NCBI GenBank assembly: GCA_964035545.1
Contig: OZ037767.1
Coordinates: forward strand, 3,607,680-3,671,679
Origin: Bugula neritina
Taxonomy: Eukaryota > Animalia > Bryozoa
Direction: 5' to 3'
DNA: 64,000 nucleotides
Below, in pieces: positions 32,483-44,399 of this stretch. The notes beneath the pieces are model-generated. The model was not told the DNA's origin. It did not search any database and was given only the letters and a program-made list of their open reading frames with translations. The position numbers and the translations under genes are program-made. The first letter of the stretch is position 1. Every line of letters starts with the position of its first letter.

Positions 32483-35432
32483 GTCAGGTTGCTCATAATA
32501 ACAAGAGTAATAGAGAAATTATAACCCGATGCACTCAATGACACCACCAATAATGCTGCTTGGATTCAAACTTTTGACCTGATGCTTATTAGAGTCAGCA
32601 CTAACAACTAGAAAAAGTCTCACCAAAACACTACATAGAAGGCCAGTATTTTAAAAAGCAACACAAAGTTACCATATCAAGCTTTTGCTATAACTAAGCA
32701 ACATAAATATTACAATGTCTTAAAAAATATTTTTATATATCATTAGCTAAAATAGTTTTAATTGAATATTCATTTGGACTCACCCTGAGCCCCTGCAATG
32801 TTGAAAGTTACACTTACGCATCTTCCATAGTTTGAAATTACTTAATCTTAAACTGAAACAACTTTTTATATTGCATTATTGTTTTTAAAACATTCAAATG
32901 ATTAACTCTGTATGTATTATTCAAAAGTTTAGGTTAGATGCCAATAAACTTACAAAATGAGCACTCTACAGTAGCATACTGCAGTATAATAATATTTTGG
33001 AATATTTTTTATTCAAGTTTGATTTAAACTCCAATAATGTAGAACAATGTAAGCTAGGTATTGCTAAGCAACTTAATCTGTATAGTATTTTTTTTCTATA
33101 GGTACAATTAGTTGTAAACTTACCCATTTTCTTTGATTTCCCAGAGCCAGTAGAAAAAATATCTAATAGTTCAATATAAAATCAATATTCAAATAAATTA
33201 ATAGATATTGCATTTTGTAGTTTTTGATGCTTCAGTCAAAATGCAATGTTGTCCACTTTGAAAACATTAATTGTGCATAGGCCACATGTAAGCATACACT
33301 TCATGTAATGCACAAGTAATATAATTTTAATTGCTTACGATTCCATTGCTTGAATGAATTGCTGTTTCTATTGTTTGGATCTATAGTGCAGGTTAAATTC
33401 CACAACGCATGCAAGCAATGGAACCATGGTGTAAGGCAAGCATACTATACTGACAGATATACTACATGAAATGTTAAATAAAGCTAATTGCTTCTTATTA
33501 CATTTTAATGCTGCATTATACTGCAGTAATTCTTGCATACATAACTCATTGTGCTGGGTTGATGACTCAGAATGTCTGCAAGTAATAAACTGGTCTCACT
33601 CTGGTAATTGCCGTCTGTTTTATTGCATTGACTACAGAATTATAGCGTGTGGTGCAACAATATTTTGTGCCTATAACAATTTATGTCCCATTATAGTATA
33701 TTCACTAGCAGCATAATGTGGAAGGAATTAATTAGACTTGAAACTTGTTAGCAACAGTGTTAGTAGCTTGGTAAACCCAATTTCAATAGCTAAATCCTAT
33801 TGGCGATGTCAGGGCTTCTTTGCCCGCAATAAATTTTTTTAGTCTCGCATGCCTAAGTTATTGTTGAAATAATACATTAATTTATTGTTACAATCAAATT
33901 TCTAGCACAAACATGCAGCTCATCATTATGCAGCCTGTAAACTACCTTACATAAGAATTGTTTAATTGTAGTATGACATAAAATTAATTCATCCCACGGA
34001 ACAAGTTATATTTTTACCAATGAGATAACATAAGCTTTGCTGCAATTTTTCGAAGTCATCTTTTTTGTGAAGCTGCTTTCTAATATAATATATTAATATA
34101 GCAAGCCAATTAGGCAACATGTGATTTAATTGAATGAAATTTTGTTAACAATAAATTATTGGGCACCTGCTAACTATAATAAAAAAAAAATTTCGACCCA
34201 ATATTTTCAATATTTGATGAAATTCACATAATTATTCTGATAATTCTAAGATTTCTGTGTTTTGGCCTTATAACCATGTCTAACATTTCTAACTCTAAAG
34301 AACATATAATATTAAATAAATTAGAAAAAAAATTGATCAATGTTTCAAGTTGATATTATTAGTCCTTGACCTACAAAATGAAGAGAAGGTGGTTATAGGT
34401 GTTGTGTGTCTCCGATGGTCATGGTAAAAGTAGCACTGTGATTCGGAGCTAACACTTGTGTAAAGGAATAATAATACACGGCTGCCTCCCACACATCTAT
34501 CTTGTTTTGCCTACTCTTCTCAATACGATTCATTGCTCCAGCAGCTAGCTCGTCAAAGTTAAGCAAAGTACAGTATATAATGTAGAATTGTAAGATTCAA
34601 CAGCTTAATGCTTTGTAATATATTTATAATAGTTGGTTTGTTTGGCGCAGTAAAAGTTTTAATGTATATTTTTACATATTGATGTGTTATTATTTTCTAT
34701 AAAAACTACTCTTAAATAAAAACATGAAAAGTTTAATATGTGAAAGCATTTTTGTGATTAGTCAAGGCACAGCATGAAAAATAAATAATATAATATAGGC
34801 TTCTTCACAACTTGATAAAAAACTCTACATGCATAATAGTAATAAATAGAAAGAATATTTATGTATCATATAAGCCAAGCTTAAAACCAATTTTGTGCTA
34901 AGAAAAGTAACAAGTGTTAAAATATTTTGAGCAAATTATTGATTTAATATTTGAGTTAAACGTATAATAGTCATGCAAATGTTTTTTGTTCTAATTTTAC
35001 TAAGGTAGGTATATACAAACAAACTGTAAGTCAAAAGATATATAATTGGATTGTTGAGAGAAAATTTTTGTGGTAGAAATAGTAGAAAAGTATTCCGGGA
35101 AGCTTATGTTTGCATTTATACATAACTATAGCAATTTTTTTCAAATATTGAAAATATTCAAAATCGGCAGCTCAAAGATAGCGTTTAACATTTCGTATAG
35201 TTGTTTTCAACAAATTAATACACACTTTAAACATAAACACAATTATTTTATGCAATATTTGAGCAAGATAAAACATATCTATGAATTCAATAAAAAAAGA
35301 GAAAGCAAATTTTGTGAAAATAAAAAAAATAACTTTTCGTAAACAAAATGAAATAATGTATAATATATTTTTATTTATAGTTGTCATTTTCCCGTAACTT
35401 TCAACAATTTAGCAAATAATAGCCTCTGATAC

Positions 35433-36153
35433 TTAGCTACAAGGCCCGGCTTTAAGAGAGTAGTTATAGATCTTGTTTCTATGTAAAATGTTGTCCTGAG
35501 AACCACTTGTCTCCGTTGGCTGTGGCTCTGTATAAGAACTAGCCTCACTTGAAGCTCTTCTACTTTCTTCTGAAATAAGACAGGCCTTATTATAGCAACC
35601 ATGCACCGGAGATTGGCTTTCGGTTGAAAGAGAGGATATGGATGAAATTGACATGTATGAAACATTTTAAATTTACCTTTTTTGTGCATCAAAAAATAAT
35701 TTAAATACAAATTGTTAGTAGGTGATAACTAACTTTCACAATCGCTATTTGAGCTTTGTACATGTGCATATCCATTGTCTTTTGGAGTTTGCATGTCTAT
35801 ATAGCCATTATCATCTACATCACAAATGTTACAAGAACAATTATATATATGTGGGGGTGTGCGAGCCGGTGAGTTAATTTTACACTGTGTACGTTTCCAG
35901 ATTCCTTAACACTCACCACTGTGCATGAATGATAGAATCCAATATGCTTAACTTGTTTTTGGGCAACTTTTAAAGAAGAATAATTTTACACAAATTAACA
36001 TTCTATCACTTACTGCCAGGTATGGTTGTTGAGGGATTGTTAGCCAGGGGCGCTACTGCGTCTTGGTGGTTGTTGACATTCATATAAAATTCGTTGTTTC
36101 TGCCTGCTGTATATACTGAATACATATATATACACACACACACACACATATAT

Positions 36154-36237
<84 letters not shown>

Positions 36238-39200
36238 CTATGAACCGTTTAAAATCAAGTAATTTTAAATAAAACATATTTATTCACTATATATAGCAAA
36301 AAAGAAAACTTGTAGAAAAATAATAAACTGGGCCAAATAAATTAGTAGCATGAAATTGCTTTATAGGCCTACCGCAGCTAAACTTTTCAGTCAGCAGTTT
36401 TTTATGTCATTCATACAAAATTTAGTTACCACAAATATGCTAGTATTTGATGTAATTACAGCTTGTAGGTAGGAGTGTTTTCCTTTATTGAAGTTTTGTC
36501 ACCGTAAATGGTAACTAACCTTGATAGCTGCTGTTTAAACCGGTTAAATTGGGAGAATTGTTGTCAGTTTGATTTTGAAAAACCTGCATGCTTTGTGTAA
36601 ATTCGTCATAATCGCCTTCATCTAAACAGTGTGGTATAAGAGTAAATTTAGTACAAATATAATACTGTAATAATAAACGTAATTTGATATATTTTTCAAG
36701 TGTTGTATGTAAACAAAATGCTACTATTTGCAAAGTAAATTGACTTAATCACATGTGATACTGCAACAATAGGCCCTTATTTTCAGATGTCCCAAGTATC
36801 CTCTTTACAATTACGAGTTGTGTTCTTTCAAAGTAAATAGGTTGAACCTTTGTATAAAAAACAAACTCATCAAAAACTTGAAGTTTGGCTGTTTCTTAAA
36901 ATTCTAATTATGCCATATAATTGTTCTTTTAGGAGATAGATATTTTGGTATAAGCACACATATTAGCAGTTCAAAAATCTTTGAAAAATGTTTCTCCATG
37001 AAACATTTTAAAAGAAATAAACTTGAAAGCAGATTTGTGGTTTTGGTTGCCAAGCAATGCTGAAGTGGCACTTCAGCATTTCTCAGCAACTAAGACCACA
37101 AACATGTGCCCAAGTATAATTTGTTCAACAATTTACTTTTTGGGAGGACACAATTCTTAATTGTAAAGGGGATCTTGGAAACTTCTCAAAAGGCTCTATT
37201 AGACAAAGGTCTGCTGACACATTGCAGTTGATGGCCTTAGAGGTTCTATACGGGTGTGTAAGAGGTACTTGTTCTAACTGCACTAGTTGGTTACTGGCCT
37301 TAAACCTACATGCAAGTTAACATAACGAAGCCTGTCTTCCAAAAATATGCTTTTGTGATCTGCTTCTTTCTGTAGGAAAGATCCCACAAGACCATATATT
37401 CATAAGCTACTGATGGAAACTGGGCCGTACTAAACCTATTAAAAGCAATTGATCATGTGATGCCACTGATTTGTGCAAAACAAAGAAAAACCAACACGAT
37501 GCACTTCAGAGCTACAACTCGAGCTGGTAGGTTGACCTTACACTGTGTAAACCTCCAGATTCCTTAACACTCACCACTGTGCATGGATAATAGAATCAAC
37601 TATTTTCAACGTCTTTTGGGCAACTTTTAGACAAGGATAATTTTATATAATATACTTATATATGCATATACATATAAAGTATATACTTATATATGTATAC
37701 ATGCATGTATATATGTATATATATATGTTGATGGATGTATATATGTGTGGTATATGTAAATATAAGTAATAATAGAAGGCAATTATTTTTATGGGTAAGT
37801 ATAATAATGAAATATATACGCACAATCTGTGTCAAACATTTGTGTGCATAAAACATGGCTATGCAAAACTGTTTTTATTTGCCTGTATAATGCTTTTTAC
37901 CTTTACAATTTTCATCTTGCTAAAATTATTGCGAATTTTTAGAAGTGAGTGCATTGTAAAGCCAAAGTATAAAATTATACTTGCATAAACTTACTAAAAA
38001 TAATTTTTTTATAATTTGATATTGTTCTGTCATATTAATAACAAAAAAATTGTTAATAACAGACTTCTATAAATATCAATTTCTACAGTAATTTTCATTT
38101 AATCGCCTAAACCTTTGAATATTGACAAAGACTTCGATATAAATTTACCAAATAAATTTTCAGTAATTCACTTTTTAGAATTGTCACTATAATTATTCAT
38201 TACAATGTTTAAAATAGTCAATCTAAAAATAGGCTACCTAATAAAACTGAATACCACAATATTTCAATAGGTTATAGATAGTAATAAATTTACCACGAGT
38301 TGCTTCTTTCCTGTTTCTTTTAGCCTTCTTTATAAGCTTTGCTTAGCCGAAGTTCACAATTATAGCAAGACCAATTACAAGCATTACAATGACTATAGCA
38401 AGGATAGCACGCCCAACTTTGCTATCAAATTCATGCAAATTTTTTTCAATTAGTTCATCAGCAGTGATTGCTGGTGTGCTGGAAGTTACAATGCTAGGAG
38501 CGAAGCTTAGAATGTTTTCAGGACACTCTTTGCAGTTCACGCTTAGTGTACAATCAAATAGTACTAGTTTTTCATCGTCAATCTGCTCCGAATGATAAAA
38601 AAGGGGTTGCCGAGAAATTTCAAACAAGCCTTCGTCAATACGATACAAAAGTACATACTCTGCATTGTAGCTGTCGTTTTTTATGATGTTGAACACGTCA
38701 TAGGTGGCAGGTCCCTGATTGTTTCCCGAATTGAAAACTCTTATATTTGGAACACCGGTAATGCCATTTGAAGGTATTAAAACTTTTTTCATCAAATTAA
38801 AAAATGTTTGACGAGAGGGTAGCCCTGAATTAAAAATTACATTAAAGTCTTCACTTATTTCTTGCTTAGCTTCCTTAACTGAATAAGCTAACGAAAGCCA
38901 ACCAAGAGTGACCAACTTTGCAAATACATCTTCCGTGTCCAGTGGTGCTGATGCTGTACACTTAGCATTATTTGAAACTAAGTTACACTCCGGATGGCAT
39001 TCTCTGCTCGCTGTTTTTCCATGACTCATTGGGAGATTGCAGCCAAAATGCTGCTGCCAAAAATTTTTAAACAAAATGCTGTGTGCTCCATTAAAAACAC
39101 TAATGTTGGACAAAAACTTTTCAAACTGATTTCCTTTATCTGTATGCCAAGAAAACTCTGTTTTCAATGACATGGTTATGAAACCAAATGTGACATCTTC

Positions 39201-42200
39201 AACTGGTTTAATCAGTTCATAGGATTTACCCCATGTTTTGCTGCCAATAATCATTCTACCCTTACTCTTCCAAATTGAATTACGATCTCGAATCTGTGTG
39301 AGAAGCTGGGGAATAACTCTTTCATCTCCAAAGAAAATGTAAGCACGCGGCCAACTTTGATTTCTGGCCATTTCAATTGCCACATTGATCAAGGAGTTTT
39401 GAGTTCGATCAATTTCTCTTTTAACTTCAATGCAAACTCCGTAATTTTGAGCATTTTCTCTTATTAATCGAGCTCCAGATTTGCCGTAAACAGAACTTGT
39501 GTATATCAGTCCCACCGATTTGATGTCGTTCATCTGGCAGATTTTTAAAATATTGTGCACTTGATTTGTGTCGGATGGTGTTAGGCGTAACAGTAGCGGA
39601 TATTGTTCCGTGTTGTCCAGCCAATGACTTGTACTGCCTGGACTTATTTGTGGAATATTTAGATGGCGGAAATAACTTTGTATTGCTATGGTTACAGCAC
39701 TGCTTATATCACCAATTATCAACAAAATGAAGTTCTCCAGTGGGATTGTATGTGAGGTGCCATTTACATCAATTACCTCTGCTTTGTCATTGCCAAAGAT
39801 TTCATTTAGTACTTTGTAAGTGTGAAGTTCTGCAGAGCAAGTGTCAATAAACAATGTCCCAACATCTAGCTCATTATTCAATATCTGATTGAATAAATGT
39901 TTTCCATAATCAAATGCCAAAGCACGGGTCATACCAGATCCTGTAATAGTGTTTGAACACCCTTTGTAGTTTTCCCCAATATCCCTTATAGTGCCAGTGC
40001 CTAGAAAAAAGTTACAAAAACTTTAGCATTAGAACGCCTTTAACTTTTAACCTTTTCATCATCAACAAACAAATTCTTATTTAAGACCTGGTATTGTTTG
40101 TTACAAAATAAACAGAAGAAAAAGTTTTAACTATTTTCAGACTAGCAGTCAAAATGTATAGAATCAATTTTCTTAATATATTTCTTGTGTAAACTAATTT
40201 TTATTTTTTAGACGCTTTATAATTAATGGGTTTTATAATGCTTAAACTGTACAGATAAATAAAATTATGTATGCTCTAATATTTTTATGCAAAATAATGC
40301 TATAGTTTATAAATTCTTTTCTAACCTATAACCACATATTTACTCTTTCCAGGAGTATATACATAATGTAAATTTCTAGGAGTACAATGCTGACAATCGT
40401 TTTCACATCTGGACTTGATTGAGGTAGTGTAGTTGAAAAGACTTTTGGTGGAACCGTTTTCAAAATGCACATTTATCTACAATAAACAATTTGCCAATTT
40501 TGGATAAATTTGAAATTATTCTGCTAATTTTTTTTTAAACTACATTACATAAAACACAAAATTAATAAGAAAATTATGACATCTAAAATGAAATATTGCA
40601 ATACTATTAGATGACTGTATTTTGCATGTTACTATAAGCTATATTACATATTTTTAGAAACACAATTTTCATAAACATTGCATAATTGCCCTTTGATTGT
40701 ACTCATGTTCATTAAAGTTGCGTTTATACCTCTGCTGAAAAAAGTACCGAGTTTAAGTTAATAATGCTGGTCCGGGTACCCCTTTATAGTCAAACTGAAA
40801 CTCGTTGAAATCATATTGATGCGGTTGCTCGCTTTCTGAAATTGAAATTTGACTCGCATAATAGCTATTTGATGCCCTTTGTAAACGTCGTGAATTAGTG
40901 AAGCGGAAAGCATAAAAGCGATAATTGAGAAGGCGTAGGCTATATAATTATAATCGTATAAGTACGTTGTCTGATCGCCAAAGTAATGACTAAATAACGA
41001 TGTTTACATGGAATTATTACTCCTATTCTAAAATTGGCCGATTAAGTTATCACAGTACAAAAATTTCAACGAGTGGCTTTTACAATGCAATGCAACTCGG
41101 AGAAATTCCAACCCGGCCAAATTGAATTTTTGACCGAAAATCGTGAAGGTATAAACGCAACTTAAGCTATTATGTTTTTTACAAATTTTACAATTTATTT
41201 TAGCTTTTTACCTCTACATACTCTAAATGTTGACTGTTGGTAGTTTTATTCAAAACAGCCAATTTCAAGCTCTGCTCATTGATGCCAAAGTCAAAGTCAC
41301 CTCCAGAGCTGAAGAAACTACCATTTCCATCCATTTTAGCAGTGGTCAAGGGACTATTGGTAAACAAATCGTTTGCCAGCACTTTTCCTTGCTTTTCATA
41401 GTTTTCTTTGAAAAGCACTAAAAGCATATGCAGTGCTTTCTGCGTTGCCAATAAATTATCGAACTGAATAGAATCGGGTTTACAATATGGCTGACAATAG
41501 CTCAGTGTCCTGGTCAGCCATGATGGCTGTTTTTGACTTGTTTTTAAGACATCCTGCACATATTTCTTAATGTTTTCTAATGACCCTGTATTTTGGTAGT
41601 TTGGTAAAAGCGTCATAATAGTCAAAAGAGAGCTTCCTTTTTGCTTTATGACCTGTTCTTGCGTCCTTTTATGCCACAATGATTGTCCGATAGCTGTTGG
41701 TAAAATTATGGTTTTTTCAAACAGTTCACTGTCTAGTGTGTTATAATATGTTTGAACCAGAATTTGTGCTACAAAAAGTCAGACAAATATTACATTGAAG
41801 TGCGTTTGGTTTAGTAGAAAAAAAAAGCTTAAAATGCCAATAAACATAAAATAAGCATTTCATTTGCTACAGAATAACATATTTAGCATGGCTAAAGGAG
41901 GACGCAGCATAAAATTTGGGACTACTAATGAGACCCCAAACCCAGGGTCCCCTCTCCCAACTCTTGCATTTAGTGACCCCAAACTTTGTGCTGCATCAAA
42001 CAATTTTCTAACCGAAATCCCTTATCCTTGTCATTAGCCTAAAAAATTATAACAGCTTGCAAAGTAAATGGCTACTCTTTATTCACGCTAGTGATCAATA
42101 TCTATTCAATATGTTTCTGGAAATTTTTAGTTTGACTTTACCTGGCTCTTCAAGTCCATAATATAAAATCACTTTTGCTTCATCAATTGCCGTAACATTA

Positions 42201-44142
42201 TTAACCAACTCTATGGAATAGTCGATGTCTTTTATTCTTAAAGTGTCAATTTGCAAGGTAATTGCTGTACATATACTCCATATTCCTGTATTTAAAACAA
42301 ACAGTTATGGTTCACTTGAGACTTCTAATGCATAGAATTTATATGCTTATTTCACTAGCACAACACTGTTAAATAAAAATAGTTAAGATTATTGCCTTTC
42401 GCAAACCAAATGTTTCTGAATCTGTATTAGATGATACATGAGTGTAAAGGCATGTAAATTTAATAGTGCCAATTTAAAAAATTACTATTATTCAATGAGT
42501 TACCTGCGCAAATTTCTCCATACTTTTCAGTCCTTCTCTCCCATAACTATCATTTGTGTACAGAAAAATAACATAACTCCAATTATTTTGCACAGCCCAT
42601 GACAGCATAGTCTAAATATTAAGAATTGGATCGAGTTTATACATATATATGCAATAAAGCAGGAACTTAAATTTTAATAAGCTTCAAAAATCCCAAACTA
42701 ATTAAACAAACATTGCTCAGCAAAAAAACTTTTTAACATAAATTCATTTCAATATTTACAACTATTGAAGCATTTTTTGGGAATCATGAAAATGAATAGA
42801 AACACCCATGCAGTGTTTATAGCAACCTAAAGAAATAGCTATATTTATTATTTCATTAGGCATTTTATGCATCGTCAGTGATAAAATGGGCATTTTCTCA
42901 TGTTTCTAAAGCTATTTTCTTAAAAAAAACATATAGTTTTTTGTGAAAGACCTTGACCTTGATTTCCAAGTCTGCTAAGACGCCAGTTCCGAAAAAGCTG
43001 TTAATTGATTGATCCAGTACTAGTGATGGTGAATTAGTAGTTATGCTAATCAGCGGTACTGTAACTCCACCAAGCATATTTTTCAACAGTCTTGTATTAT
43101 CATTACCCATAGCTGTTACCAAACCTGTTAGTACAAATTTGGATCAAAGTTTCTAGCTCACTAACTGCATGTAGTTGCAGCACACTATAAACAAAACCAG
43201 AGTTTCCACATATAAATGCGATGATATAACTAATGAGAAAATAGTTTAAAGAGCAATAGAAAAACATATTTTTGAAAGTCCTTTGTTTTTCTAATTTTAA
43301 CGAAAGTAATGCTCGGTACAGTCTAGACTCTAGATTATCATATTCTACACCTAATTAAGATGGACAGTGTACTCAAAATAATAAATTTTAGCTATTATTT
43401 ATCCATGCATGATGAATTTAAAGGACACAGATTTTCTCCTCCCATAGCTTAAGGCCTCATTCACGCTTGTCGTATTGTAGGCCGTAACAGCAAATATCAG
43501 CTATTTTTACATATGTCTGAGCTTCCTGTACGACGTTTCAGTACGTTAGAATCAAGCACTGCTTGATTTAAACAAATTACAGCGGGCTGCTATTGGACAA
43601 AAATACTTTTGCGTCGACTCATTGAAAATAATTGTCTAATGCCCGGACACATTAGAAATGGTTGATATTTTACGTTACGGCCTACGGTACGGCAAGTGTG
43701 AATGAAGAGAAAATTAAATTTTCTAAAAGTTAGATCATCACCTAATTTTACATAAATAGTAGAGATTATTAAGCCTCATACAATGTTTTGAAATTTATTT
43801 TTTTTAAATTACAATGGAGTACAATGGTATATGCACCTACCGATTGGAAGTTCATGAGAATTTGTTTCATTCACACGAAAATCAAAGAGGGGAATTGTTA
43901 GAGAGTCGGTGACATATTTAGTAGCCAGTGTCTTATTCAGACAGCTATCAGCTGCCTCCAGTTCTGTAATATAGCTACATTTTAAACATGAAAAAAAGAA
44001 AAAAAAATATATGTATTGTGTATATACAATGCACATGAAACTAGTAGCAATAAAGTGTTTTAAATCAAATTTTATTGTTCATTACTTTTATTTACTCTGC
44101 TCTGCACTGCATTGAGCTCTCTTTAGCGGTAAACTATACACC

Positions 44143-44223
<81 letters not shown>

Positions 44224-44308
44224 TTCCCTAATGTTGCTATATTGCCTGAACAACTGCGGCACAACTAACATATCAATATAGGCGTGTGTGCGTGTGTTAT
44301 TGAAGAAG

Positions 44309-44399
<91 letters not shown>

